NCBI GenBank assembly: GCA_019358935.1
Contig: JAHHIK010000105.1
Location: 1 to 28,848 of the forward strand
From: Tolypothrix carrinoi HA7290-LM1
Lineage (GTDB): Bacteria > Cyanobacteriota > Cyanobacteriia > Cyanobacteriales > Nostocaceae
Length of the DNA stretch: 28,848 nt
Reading direction: 5' to 3'
Numbering within the stretch: the first letter of the stretch is position 1; every line of letters begins with the position of its first letter. Shown in pieces: positions 1 through 9,471 of this stretch. Under the pieces are notes generated by a model that did no database searches, had not been told where the DNA came from, and was given only the letters and a program-made list of their open reading frames with translations. The position numbers and the translations under genes were made by a program.

Positions 1-123
1 CTAGCCAACCTCGAAACCGAGGAAGCGTAAGCACTAGGAAAGAACGCTTTCACTTACACCGTGGAGTGAGGTATGGACAAATTATCTAGCTAGTGGTAGT
101 TCTGTCCACACATTTAGAAGCGG
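1..123 (+). mobile_element. Probable right end (omegaRNA-like, structured) of an IS607-type element inserted in the antiporter gene
   Basis: Successive hairpins (CCTCG-aaac-CGAGG; AAGCGT..ACGCTT; TGGACA..TGTCCA) end in ...TTTAGAAGCGG. The GG (122-123) is the start of the Gly codon of the antiporter motif GLVLAGL. In-frame upstream codons are non-hydrophobic, with a stop at 35-37. Confidence 0.5.
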
Positions 124-127
124 TTTA

Positions 128-1576
128 GTGTTGGCAGGTTTGCCGATTACTGAGCTATTGTCTCGTCGCATTGGTTTAGATCCTTCCCTTGTTTTGAATC
201 TTTTCCTGCCAATTCTAATCTTTGAAGCTGGCATCAATACAGATGTCAGCCGTCTACGAAGCACGTTTAAACCAATTGCTCTTTTGGCAGGTCCTGGGGC
301 TGTGCTTTCCAGTGCTATTATTGCCGTCCTGTTGAAATTTGGGCTGGGACTGACTTGGATACCCGCTCTATTTGTAGGAGTCATTCTGGCAAACACTGAT
401 ACGGTTTCAATGATTGCCGTCTTTAAGGAGATACCGGTACCCTCGCGGCTTTCGACCATCGTTGAAGGAGAAACTCTATTCAACGATGCTGCTGCCCTAG
501 TTTCCTTCAACCTGATTTTGCAAGTATATTCCACAGGTTCGCTGACGTTAGTAGAGGGAATCCAACAACTGCTATTTATCGCTCTTGGAGGCTGCCTCGT
601 CGGGTTAGTCTTGGGCTACTTGAGCATACCTGTATTTGCCCGTTTAGATGATCCCCTTAGCAGTCTCTTACTGACGGTCGCAGTTGCATTAGGAACTTTT
701 CAGGTAGGGCAATCTCTAGGTGTATCAGGTGCTGTGGCTGTAGTTGTAGCTGGATTAATTTTCGGGAATTTTGGGATTTCTGGCAATACTTCTGCTTCCA
801 GTCGGATCACCTTGTTGAGTTTCTGGGAATATGCCAGTTTTACCGTCAACACGTTTATTTTTCTGCTGATTGGTGTAGAAATAAACCTTATAACACTCTG
901 GAGGACTTTACCTGCTATTCTACTTGCTGTTTTGGCTTATCAAGTAGGGCGAGTTCTTACGGTCTATCCGCTGCTAGCAGGGATTCGTTGGATTGACCGC
1001 CCAATTCCGCTGCGCTGGCAACATTTACTATTTTTCGGTAACATCAAAGGTTCACTCTCAATGGCTCTGGCGTTGAGCTTACCGACTACACTACCAGGGC
1101 GAGAAGTCCTGATCGCTTTAGTCTTTGGTAGTGTGCTGGTGTCGTTAGTAGGACAAGGTTTAAGCTTGCCGTGGGTGGTAAAACGCTTAAAATTATCTAA
1201 ATTTTCACAGCTTCAGCAGCAAGTTGAAGAATTACAAGCTCAGTTAATCACCGGTAAGGCTGCACAAGATGAATTAGATAGTCTGTTGAAGTCAGGGGTG
1301 TTACCAAAAGCCATCTATGAAGAGATGCGATCGGCTTATCAGGTGCGAGTGGCAGGAGCAGAAAAGACATTGCGAGAATTTTACAATCGCCGTCCAGAGG
1401 AGTTTGATGTTAAAAGTGGTGAACACACGAAACTTGATGCTATTCGTCGCCGTTTACTGCTAGCGGAGAAAGCTGCACTCAACGAGACAATGCGTAAGCG
1501 AATTCTATCAGAAGAAATTGTGCGTGGGCGGATACAAACCATAGATGAACAACTGCTACGACTTGAGGATGATTGA
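128..1576 (+). CDS. nhaP: CPA1-family Na+/H+ antiporter (NhaP-like), lacking its native N-terminal ~30 aa in this window
   Basis: Multi-TM protein with LFLPILIFEA, TDTVS and EGETLFNDAAA motifs, plus a C-terminal cytoplasmic helical domain. Confidence 0.9.
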   Translation: MLAGLPITELLSRRIGLDPSLVLNLFLPILIFEAGINTDVSRLRSTFKPIALLAGPGAVLSSAIIAVLLKFGLGLTWIPALFVGVILANTDTVSMIAVFKEIPVPSRLSTIVEGETLFNDAAALVSFNLILQVYSTGSLTLVEGIQQLLFIALGGCLVGLVLGYLSIPVFARLDDPLSSLLLTVAVALGTFQVGQSLGVSGAVAVVVAGLIFGNFGISGNTSASSRITLLSFWEYASFTVNTFIFLLIGVEINLITLWRTLPAILLAVLAYQVGRVLTVYPLLAGIRWIDRPIPLRWQHLLFFGNIKGSLSMALALSLPTTLPGREVLIALVFGSVLVSLVGQGLSLPWVVKRLKLSKFSQLQQQVEELQAQLITGKAAQDELDSLLKSGVLPKAIYEEMRSAYQVRVAGAEKTLREFYNRRPEEFDVKSGEHTKLDAIRRRLLLAEKAALNETMRKRILSEEIVRGRIQTIDEQLLRLEDD

Positions 1577-1789
1577 TACCTTTTTAACTAAAACGCGCCC
1601 TCGTCCCCCACTGATGCGTGAGTACCAAATTCAGTGGCGGGATATAAGGCGGTTATAAACGCTTGGGCCCTGTTACCAATACTTGCTACAAGCAAGTGAG
1701 GGAATAGGGCAGTTGAGTTTATAACAATTCTTCCAGCATTCTAACAACTTAGCAAGTCGTGTTAGAATTACATTGGAGGTTGCCCTTGC

Positions 1790-1862
1790 GGGTTCGCCAG
1801 TCACCTGCGACGGGAAACCCGTCTTCTCCTAAGGGAGACCAAGGCGAACAGCGCTGGCTCGC
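1790..1862 (+). repeat. Nostocales small dispersed repeat (GCCAGT..GGGAAACCC..GCGCTGGCT) with a nested CTTCTCC..GGGAGA..GGCGAAC unit
   Basis: Shares its termini with the copies at 6041-6173 and 17999-18118. The inner unit matches the reverse complement of ~26150-26178. Confidence 0.7.
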
Positions 1863-1865
1863 AAA

Positions 1866-2380
1866 ATGCTTAGTCTGACGTACACGTACCGAATTTATCC
1901 AAGTGCCAGCCAAGAAGCCAAAATGCTTGCTTGGATGGAGGTTTGCCGCAAAGTTTATAATTACGCTTTGCGAGAGCGAAAAGACTGGATAGCATCGCGT
2001 AAGTGTGCAGTCAACGCTTGCAGTATTCGCTCTGAGTACATTATCCCCATTGATGCTTTATACCCTGACTATTACAAACAACAGAATGCACTGACTCCAG
2101 CTAAGAAGGTTTCTTGAGATTCTGTCCTGGGTGTGTTGGAAGCGTGGCGTGTACTTTGCCAAGGTTGATCCTAATGGGACTAGCCAAACCTGCCCGAGCG
2201 TGCGGAACTCATACCGGAAAAAAGAAACTCTCTGAGCGTGTTCATGTTTGTCATGAGTGCGGATACATAACAGACCGTGATGTTGCTGCTGCAATGGTAG
2301 TAGAACTTTTAGGTCTTGCAGCTGCGGGACTCGCAGTCAAGTTGCCTGTGGAGGTATCGTTATCGGGGCCTTCGGTCTAG
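1866..2380 (+). pseudogene. tnpB: tnpB pseudogene (N-terminal HTH fused to C-terminal Zn-finger/RuvC-III; middle deleted, frameshifted)
   Basis: MLSLTYTYRIYPS..CRKVYNYAL N-terminus. After ~2109 another frame reads FLEILSWVCWKRGVYFAKVDPNGTSQTCP, then CG..CHECG..DRDVAAA. RuvC-I and II are absent. Confidence 0.9.
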
Positions 2381-2466
2381 ATGCGACCAATGAAGCAGGA
2401 ATGCCCATCTGTGAATTTGGGAAGCCTACACTATAATCGGTACTCCGATGAGCGTGTATGGAGATG

Positions 2467-3036
2467 TCACGAACCTTGCACAGAAGATGAGCGCTGGCGA
2501 TCGCTTTGACTTTTGATAACCCTGCCGGGACTAATAAAAGAAATTCCTTGCTGGAATTCAGTAGCAATCATAACTGCCTCCACTACAGGCTCAGAAACTT
2601 GTGTTTGGGCTAGCCACTCCACAATAAAGTTTGCTCCTAAACCTCCACTGGTGTCAGTTCTATTCACGACAAAATCTGTAGAAGCCATCGTACCAAGTTC
2701 AATAGGGCGCTCTAAATATTGTTTAACTAACTTACCATTTGAATCATAGTAGCGCACAGAAGTAATGATGATAGGATTGGTCAAATCTGTATTCCGAATA
2801 CTGAGCGTAGCCGCTAAATTGAGGGTCTTCTGCCGATCATCATGATAGATATGGGAATAAATAGGTACATAAATGGTTTGACCCATTGCTATCTTGAAAT
2901 TTTTATCCAGAGTCACCACCTTTGCAGATGGAGTTGCCTGAGTAGTATCCGATTGTGATGGTGGAACCTCCGCTGATGTGCAAGACGCAAGAACAATAAA
3001 AGCAATTGCTAAATAAAAATGTGTGTATAGCTTCAT
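2467..3036 (-). CDS. DUF3124 family lipoprotein
   Basis: Lipobox LASC, with GQTIYVPIYSHIY, LSIRNTD and GGLGANFIVEW motifs. Confidence 0.85.
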   Translation of the reverse strand: MKLYTHFYLAIAFIVLASCTSAEVPPSQSDTTQATPSAKVVTLDKNFKIAMGQTIYVPIYSHIYHDDRQKTLNLAATLSIRNTDLTNPIIITSVRYYDSNGKLVKQYLERPIELGTMASTDFVVNRTDTSGGLGANFIVEWLAQTQVSEPVVEAVMIATEFQQGISFISPGRVIKSQSDRQRSSSVQGS

Positions 3037-3044
3037 TAAAATTA

Positions 3045-3722
3045 TTATTTACAGCCTTCGATAAAATCAATGACTTGATGTAACGAGCCTGGTTTAGTCA
3101 CAATCAGCACAGTTGAACCGGGTTCCAGTACTGTACTGCCGTTAGGAATCATCAAATTTTCGTGGGGATGAGGTTGATAGCCAATAATTAGAGAGCCAGT
3201 GGGAAACCGCGAATCCTGAGCAATTTCGGCAATGGTACGACCAACCACGTAGCAATTGTTGGGAATGGAGAGTTTCAAAACTTCAATCTGCCCCTGGTCA
3301 AAATGCATCATTGATTCTACTTGCGGATACTCAATAGCATTTACCATCGTTGAAACCGCTAGCTCAACAGTACCAATGATATGGTTGGCTCCTGCCAAAC
3401 GAAATGGTTCAGCAAAATCAGAGTGGCGCATCCGAGCGAGAATATGGGGAACACGGTAGTGTTTGCTTAGAGTCACCATTGCCAAGTTCAAAGCATCATT
3501 TCGCAGAGCAGCTACTAAAGAGTCGGCTTTACGAATCCCAGCTTCTAACAATACTTCTGTACTCACAGCACTGCCTTCAAAAGCCATCGCTCCTACTTGT
3601 TCACGCGCATAACGGCAAGCATTAGGGTCAATGTCAATGACGGCAACAGTATGCCCTAGTTCTACCAATTTTTGAGCCAAACTCAGCCCCACTAAGCCGG
3701 CTCCACCAATTAGCACGTACAT
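3045..3722 (-). CDS. trkA: TrkA-family potassium uptake regulatory (RCK N+C) protein
   Basis: Rossmann motif IGGAGLVG, EAGIRKAD, and a TrkA-C domain (IPNGSTVLEPG). Confidence 0.9.
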   Translation of the reverse strand: MYVLIGGAGLVGLSLAQKLVELGHTVAVIDIDPNACRYAREQVGAMAFEGSAVSTEVLLEAGIRKADSLVAALRNDALNLAMVTLSKHYRVPHILARMRHSDFAEPFRLAGANHIIGTVELAVSTMVNAIEYPQVESMMHFDQGQIEVLKLSIPNNCYVVGRTIAEIAQDSRFPTGSLIIGYQPHPHENLMIPNGSTVLEPGSTVLIVTKPGSLHQVIDFIEGCK

Positions 3723-3844
3723 AGCTGCTCCTGATGTTCAACTTACTACTTCACTTTACAGGCTAGCAAGCGAGTGAAGGTATAGCTTGACTGGCTTGTT
3801 TGACACCTTTGAGAGATAGGTTGGTACTTAGACATCCAAACGCT

Positions 3845-3979
3845 TCAACTCGTGGGAATGTCAAAAACGTGCCACTCCTGAATACCCCAACGGCGTAGAA
3901 CAGGTTCGGCACGACGGATATCGTCCTCTGTGGCTTCTATTGTTACCAAATAATTCCCTTGAAATACCCTAAGGAGCAT
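3845..3979 (-). pseudogene. C-terminal relic of a cyanobacterial general-stress-protein-like gene
   Basis: Hand translation gives MLLRVFQGNYLVTIEATEDDIRRAEPVLRRWGIQEWHVFDIPTS*, which resembles the GxYLVxVxxTExxIxRAExxLxxxGI tail of that family. Confidence 0.6.
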
Positions 3980-4007
3980 CAACCCAATTGTTAAGATTGC
4001 TTCTAAT

Positions 4008-4451
4008 TTAATTCGATTTTACATTGAGGGCGTATTCTCTAAACCGTTCTAAATCAGCTTTAATCGTAGATTCTACCGCTCGTCCCAAAAACAAATTATC
4101 CATGATTTTGCCAAGGATACCGGGGATAGCATAGGAAATGCTAAGTTTAACAATACTGCTATTTTTGCGATCGTAAAAGCGAATCGCTCCTTGATTCGGC
4201 AAACCATCAATCGATTCCCATTGAATAATCTGATTGGGAATCATCTTCATAATCCGGGATTTCCACGTAAACTGCAAACCACCAGTATTAAGTGTCCAAA
4301 AAGATAACTCTGGATTATCTTCCGGAACCTTCACAGAATCAATCCACTTCATCCAGCGCGGCATCTGCTCCAAATCTGACCAGAGGCTCCACACTAATTC
4401 TATAGGAGCCTCTACCTCCACCTGCACGCTATGCTCTAGCCAATCTGCCAT
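4008..4451 (-). CDS. SRPBCC (polyketide cyclase/START-like) family protein
   Basis: VEVEAPIELVWSLWSDLEQMPRWM motif, in the usual position downstream of zds. Confidence 0.9.
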   Translation of the reverse strand: MADWLEHSVQVEVEAPIELVWSLWSDLEQMPRWMKWIDSVKVPEDNPELSFWTLNTGGLQFTWKSRIMKMIPNQIIQWESIDGLPNQGAIRFYDRKNSSIVKLSISYAIPGILGKIMDNLFLGRAVESTIKADLERFREYALNVKSN

Positions 4452-4492
4452 TCTTTCTTCTTCCTTCGCGTCCTTCGCGTCTTTGCGGTTCG

Positions 4493-5929
4493 TTATTTCT
4501 TCACATTTTCTAAAACTACCTTCGCCGCACGCCGCCCGGATATTGTCGCTCCCTCCATGCTATCGATATAATCTTGCTGGGTATAACTACCTGCAAGAAA
4601 GAAGTTAGGTACTGGCGTCTTTTGATCGGGACGATAAACATCCATTCCTGGTGCTTCCCGATAAAGAGACTGAGCAAGTTTTACCACACTGTACCAAGTC
4701 ATATTTAGCTCTCGCGACGAGGGAAACAACTCATGTACTTGTTTGAGGACGTGAGAAGCGATCGCCTCGTTACTTTGTTTAATAAACGCATCTCCCGGTG
4801 TCAGCACCAATTGCATCAACGAACCCTCACCTTCTCGATAATAATCAGCTGGGCTAGTCAAAGCCATATCCGCAAAACAAGAAAAGTCAGCATCAGCGGT
4901 ATACAGCAAATTATCTATTCCCGCAGCATGATTTAGCTGTTTGCGCTTCTGGGCATCTTGCAATTCCGTCACCCACCCATCAAAACGCAACTGCACCGTT
5001 GCCACTGGCACCGCTGATAATTTATAAATTTTGTCAAATTCTGACCACTTGCGCCACTCTTGTGGTACAATCCGCTGAATTCCTGGGACATCGCAAGCAA
5101 AGACGTAAGCATCAGCGGTGATATTTTCTTCAGTCTCACCTTGGGCAACCGTGATACCAGTAACGTGAGTTTCTTCTGAGGAAGTAAACTTAATTTCCCG
5201 CACTTGCCGACGCGTGTAAACTTTGGTTCCTCTTGCTTCTAAATATTCTAATATCGGCTTGTGCAAATACTCATGCGGGGAACCTTCAAGCATTCGCAGT
5301 TTTGATGCTTCAGTTCTGACAGCAAATAACTGGAAAATTGTCAACATACAACGGGCAGACATATTTTCGCAATCAATAAAACCCAATGCATAAGCGATCG
5401 GGTTCCACATGCGTTTGATGCTACCATTACTGCCGCCGTGACTGCGGAACCAATCGGCAAAGCTGACTTTATCCAAGTTGCGGATATTTCTCATCGCTCC
5501 ATCAAAGTCTACCAAACCCCGCACTACTGGGCTTGTAGCTAGAGCTAGAGCATTCTGCAATTTATCCAAAACCGAGAGTTGAGAAGTTGTAAAAAATGCT
5601 TTGAACCCATTGAATGGCGCACCTGTAAAGAAACGAAAATCTAATTCTCCAGTTTGTCCTCCTTTGTTGATAAAGGTGTGGGTGTGTTCTTTGAGGCGTA
5701 AGTTGTCAAACGCCCCTACTTTCTTCATCAACTCAAATAACTGGTAGTAGCACCCAAAAAATACATGCAACCCCATTTCAACGTGATTGCCATCGTTATC
5801 AACCCAACTACCAACTTTACCTCCCACAAACGGACGGGACTCAAAAATCTGGACTTCACAACCCGCATCAGCTAAATCTACTGCCGTTGCTAGTCCAGCC
5901 AGTCCCGCACCTACGATTGCAACACGCAT
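4493..5929 (-). CDS. crtQ: 9,9'-di-cis-zeta-carotene desaturase
   Basis: GAGLAG FAD motif, [11 protein letters not shown] and [12 protein letters not shown]; 478 aa. Confidence 0.95.
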   Translation of the reverse strand: MRVAIVGAGLAGLATAVDLADAGCEVQIFESRPFVGGKVGSWVDNDGNHVEMGLHVFFGCYYQLFELMKKVGAFDNLRLKEHTHTFINKGGQTGELDFRFFTGAPFNGFKAFFTTSQLSVLDKLQNALALATSPVVRGLVDFDGAMRNIRNLDKVSFADWFRSHGGSNGSIKRMWNPIAYALGFIDCENMSARCMLTIFQLFAVRTEASKLRMLEGSPHEYLHKPILEYLEARGTKVYTRRQVREIKFTSSEETHVTGITVAQGETEENITADAYVFACDVPGIQRIVPQEWRKWSEFDKIYKLSAVPVATVQLRFDGWVTELQDAQKRKQLNHAAGIDNLLYTADADFSCFADMALTSPADYYREGEGSLMQLVLTPGDAFIKQSNEAIASHVLKQVHELFPSSRELNMTWYSVVKLAQSLYREAPGMDVYRPDQKTPVPNFFLAGSYTQQDYIDSMEGATISGRRAAKVVLENVKK

Positions 5930-6040
5930 TCCGTCTTTCCCTTTCAGCTTCTTTACAGATTGTAACTGCGTTGGTGCCGGAATTTGCTACTCGTATTCAG
6001 TCAATAGTCCCCCTTGTCAAGAAAGTCCCCCTTGTCCTGT

Positions 6041-6173
6041 GCCAGTCGCACGCCAGGTGCTACAACGGAGGGAACCTCACGCCAGATTGCTCAAGTCGGG
6101 AAACCCTTCCTGTGCAACTGGCTTTGCAACGCACTGGCTCCTCAACGGAGGACGCCTCCGCACAGCGCTGGCT
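6041..6173 (+). repeat. Three nested copies of a ~45-bp small dispersed repeat family
   Basis: Outer copy 6041-6049 + 6141-6173, middle copy 6050-6078 + 6126-6140, inner copy 6079-6125. Each reads GCCAG..GGG/GGAG-loop..CTGGCT. Confidence 0.8.
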
Positions 6174-6194
6174 CCCCTTGTCGAAAGAAAGTCC

Positions 6195-6365
6195 TCAGCT
6201 TTTCGATCCGTTGGTATCGTCAGAAACTTGCAACCCTCGGATCAATTCTCGAATTACATCAGTTGCTGGTCTACCTGTCTGTTGACAATATTTTTCCAGT
6301 TTTTCTGCTTCTTGTGTTGCAAGATTTACAGTAATACGTTTCACAGCCCACTTTTTATTAGTCAT
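6195..6365 (-). CDS. CopG/ribbon-helix-helix family small transcriptional regulator (56 aa, not in ORF track)
   Basis: Hand translation gives MTNKKWAVKRITVNLATQEAEKLEKYCQQTGRPATDVIRELIRGLQVSDDTNGSKS*, with the RHH strand-helix-G-helix pattern. Confidence 0.85.
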   Translation of the reverse strand: MTNKKWAVKRITVNLATQEAEKLEKYCQQTGRPATDVIRELIRGLQVSDDTNGSKS

Positions 6366-6655
6366 TATCATCTTATTTGCTGTATATTAACATCATCAAA
6401 GAAATCTAACTCAGAGATGAAAGTGATAAGAATATCAGAGTTTTTGTCAGGAAACAAGCAGCGTCACTAATAATAAAAATGCTGGTTTTGTCACATGATT
6501 CCTTATTTTCTAATAAAATATAAAAAGGAAAATTTAATTGTTGCTGTTGTGACAGGACATAGAGCGCACACTGGCTGTAAAAGGAAATGCAGTCAGTGAC
6601 AGAATGACTTAAGCCATAATGTAAAATTTTATAGATTAAGTTGAGATACCTTCTG

Positions 6656-7923
6656 TTAGCTAAATAACGCTTGCCAAAATTCGTCATCAACGTTGTCTGA
6701 TTTTCTATCCAGATCGAGTTCACCAAACACTTCTGGAGAGAACATCTGCCACATAACCTGAAAATATGGCATTAAGGTGTCGGCAAGTTTTGGAGTCAAG
6801 AAGAACGCGAATTTCCTGTCCTGTGCAAGTGCAGCATTTGACGAATAAGTTCCCACTGCACTTTTAATGTGGGATAAAGCATGACACACAATGGAAATAA
6901 TTCTTGTTGAATTTTTGGATATGTCTTTTTCTAAAGCACATACCCAAAGGTAGACTTGAAACATTTCTATATCTCGAATACTAGAGGTTTTTACCATAGA
7001 GTCACTCAACAAACCTGTGTAAGAACGATAATTTGGATAGATTTCCACTATCTTTTGGAAAACATTTTTGGCAATTTGTGTGCTAGCGGGTAATAGCTGT
7101 TGTACTGCTGACAAAGCATGAGAATCATAATCATGTTTAGCCGCTGCTGCATAAGCGCGTTGCAGTGGCATATACATGCGATCGCCAATGACTTTAAAGT
7201 ATGCACCAACAAGCGTAGACAAAGGAGCGGTGAGGGAGTCGCAGTCTTGGCGGTTCCCGTCGATTGCGAACTCTCTCTCCCGTTGGGCTTGTCGTCAGAC
7301 ATCGCTCTACAGGGGAAAGTGGTTCTAAAAGCATCTGGCTAGTGTAATGAAATTGCATATTCACAAAGCCAAAAAGTCTGCGATCGTCTTTGGTATATTT
7401 GCTTTGCATCGCTTGAACATTTGCGCTAATTGCCGATGCTAACTGGCTAGGTGTTACCTGTTCAGTATAAATTTCTAGCGCCTTTTTATAAAGCAACTCA
7501 TCTTCACGAGCCAGTTTCATTACTGTAGATAGTTGCCGCAATGGTGCTTGTTTGGTGTATACATCCTCTTCTGTTTGGTAAATATTAAAAGAATCAGCCG
7601 CAATTTCCATTCGTATTAATTAAATTGGGTTTAATGTTATGTCGCTTGACTTGGGCTGCTAAAAGCGCCTCAGTTTTGTTCCAAGCTTTTGCACTAACGC
7701 TGCGTAAAGATTCCATTATGTCAGCTGTTTTTTCTCGTCCTGCAAGCAAGACAGCTTCTTTTAAACTCACCGTGTCAGTGGTTTGTTTCTCGTCTTCATC
7801 AACTTGAAGGTTCTGCAAATACTTTTTAGCCCATTGCTGCGCTAAAGATTCGACACCTCCCTTGTTTTCTTTTTCTAAGTTTGGCTTGAAACTACTGCCA
7901 AAAACTTCTTTAGGTAGACCCAT
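6656..7923 (-). pseudogene. Fragmented conserved cyanobacterial hypothetical protein (~400 aa, helical)
   Basis: Collinear fragments at 7594-7923, 7194-7610 and 6656-7222. There is an 85-bp insertion at 7216-7300. An off-frame segment, IQQELFPLCVMLYPTLKVQWELIRQMLHL (~6830-6912), indicates further frameshifts. The intact length is uncertain. Confidence 0.8.
7216..7300. mobile_element. 85-bp composite small repeat inserted into a HIP1 site (SDR5-like with nested unit)
   Basis: Flanked by GCG| and |ATCGC. Removing it restores GCGATCGC and the reading frame (VER-SLVGAYF). Confidence 0.85.
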
Positions 7924-8156
7924 AATAATTGGTTTTTAACTTGTAGTACAAAAAGCATTGTTCTAGACAATTCTTTTTATTGTTCGTTCATTATAGCTAT
8001 TATTTATGAGCTTTAAGTAATCTTTATTAAGAGTATACGTAATGTTAGTTTTTATTATTTATAAAAAAAATACAAAGCAAAACTTCTTAGCCTAAAGTTT
8101 TGATTAATTCTATTGACAAATAAATAAGTACTTATTAAAACAGTTGCCAAAGAAAA

Positions 8157-8204
8157 ATAGGACTTACGCATCAAGCGGAGTTTTCTCCGTCGCGTAAATC
8201 CTAT
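8157..8204. mobile_element. Very short MITE-like inverted repeat
   Basis: ATAGGACTTACGC ... GCGTAAATCCTAT termini around an internal CGGAG-tttt-CTCCG hairpin. Confidence 0.6.
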
Positions 8205-8379
8205 ACAAGTATGGTATTTACCCCAATTTCCTAATTTTTTACTTTTGTCAAGGAAAATAAGTTCACGTTCGATGCTACAAGCCCCTGTGGGAATTTAGAC
8301 ATTTAGATTGTTGATACATTCCGATAAATTATCAAACGTGATTTTACGTAGATATAAATTAGCTAAGTGTCGTGAAAAA

Positions 8380-9471
8380 CTAATTTACTAAGTCCGGAAA
8401 AACTGACTGCACCGCAGGATGCACTAAGCGATGATTTTGTACATTTACACCTTTGGCTAATGCTGGGTTAATTTCTAACGCTTTAGTTCCGAGATTTGCT
8501 AACTCGACAACGTATGGTAAAGTACTGTTATTCAGAGCTTGAGTTGCTGTCCAAGGTACTGCCCCTGGCATATTGGGAACGCCATAATGCACTACATCTT
8601 CTTCGAGATATATCGGACTGGTGTGGGATGTTGGATGTAAAGTTTCCACGCAACCGCCTTGATCCACGGCAACATCGATAATTACAGAGCCAGGACGCAT
8701 TTGTTTAACCAAGTCACGCTTGACTAAAATCGGTGCCCTACGTCCTGGAATTAAAACTGCACCGATGAGCAAGTCGGCTTCTCGGACTGCGGCTTCAATG
8801 TGGGCGGAGTTACTGTAGATGAGTTCGACTCTAGAGCCAAATAAAGTTTCTAAGTAAGATAAACGCTCAACATTAACATCTAAAATCTGGACAGAAGCAC
8901 CCATACCTACGGCAATTTTCGCGGCTTCTGTGCCAACGACACCGCCGCCTAAAATTACTACTTTACCTGGTTTGACGCCGGGAACACCGCCCAAAAGCAC
9001 ACCTCTACCACCTTGCTGACGTTCGAGGAACCTTGCACCAAATTGTACTGATAAACGACCGGCAATGATGCTCATGGGAGAGAGCAAAGGTAATTTGTTT
9101 GCACCAGGTTGTTCTACAGTTTCGTAGGCGATCGCACATGTGCCACAATCTATTAAATGCTCGGTCAATTTGCGATCGGCTGCTAAATGCAAATAAGTAA
9201 ACAGTAACTGCCCTTTTTGTAAAAATTTATATTCTGATGTCAGTGGTTCTTTCACCTTGACAACTAAATCCCGATTCCAAGCAGCATCCGGTGTAGAAAC
9301 AATTTCTGCCCCAACGCTTTTATAATCATCATCTGTAAATCCAGCACCAGTACCAGCGTGTGTTTCGACAAAGATGTTGTGACCATTTTCCCGCAACACG
9401 CGCACGCTAGAAGGACTCAACCCTACCCGAAACTCTTGATCTTTACTTTCCTTAGGAACGCCAATTTCCAT
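8380..9471 (-). CDS. ald: Alanine dehydrogenase
   Basis: MEIGVPKE, KVKEP, FTYLHLAA, GGGVVG and VAVDQGGC motifs. Confidence 0.97.
   Translation of the reverse strand: MEIGVPKESKDQEFRVGLSPSSVRVLRENGHNIFVETHAGTGAGFTDDDYKSVGAEIVSTPDAAWNRDLVVKVKEPLTSEYKFLQKGQLLFTYLHLAADRKLTEHLIDCGTCAIAYETVEQPGANKLPLLSPMSIIAGRLSVQFGARFLERQQGGRGVLLGGVPGVKPGKVVILGGGVVGTEAAKIAVGMGASVQILDVNVERLSYLETLFGSRVELIYSNSAHIEAAVREADLLIGAVLIPGRRAPILVKRDLVKQMRPGSVIIDVAVDQGGCVETLHPTSHTSPIYLEEDVVHYGVPNMPGAVPWTATQALNNSTLPYVVELANLGTKALEINPALAKGVNVQNHRLVHPAVQSVFPDLVN

Larger units (their letters stand above)
1588..2470 (+). mobile_element. Non-autonomous IS200/IS605-family element with internally deleted tnpB
   Basis: Preceded by TTTAA (1583-1587). 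Left-end hairpin CCCCACTGA..TCAGTGGCGGG (1605-1641), tnpB remnants, and a right end terminating in TCAC (2470). The reconstructed empty site restores a DUF3124 stop codon. Confidence 0.85.

Noticed and set aside
82..534. Antisense ORFs overlapping real genes (this one and similar ones within crtQ, the kinase, cox, cta and trkA)
   Set aside because: They are shadow frames of well-supported genes and have no motifs.
3730..3990. Possible c-di-AMP riboswitch upstream of trkA
   Set aside because: No ydaO consensus was recognised, and the region translates as a protein relic.
5787..6470. ORFs of 227, 132 and 106 aa on the + strand
   Set aside because: They run through GC-rich nested repeats and antisense to crtQ and the RHH gene, so they are likely spurious.
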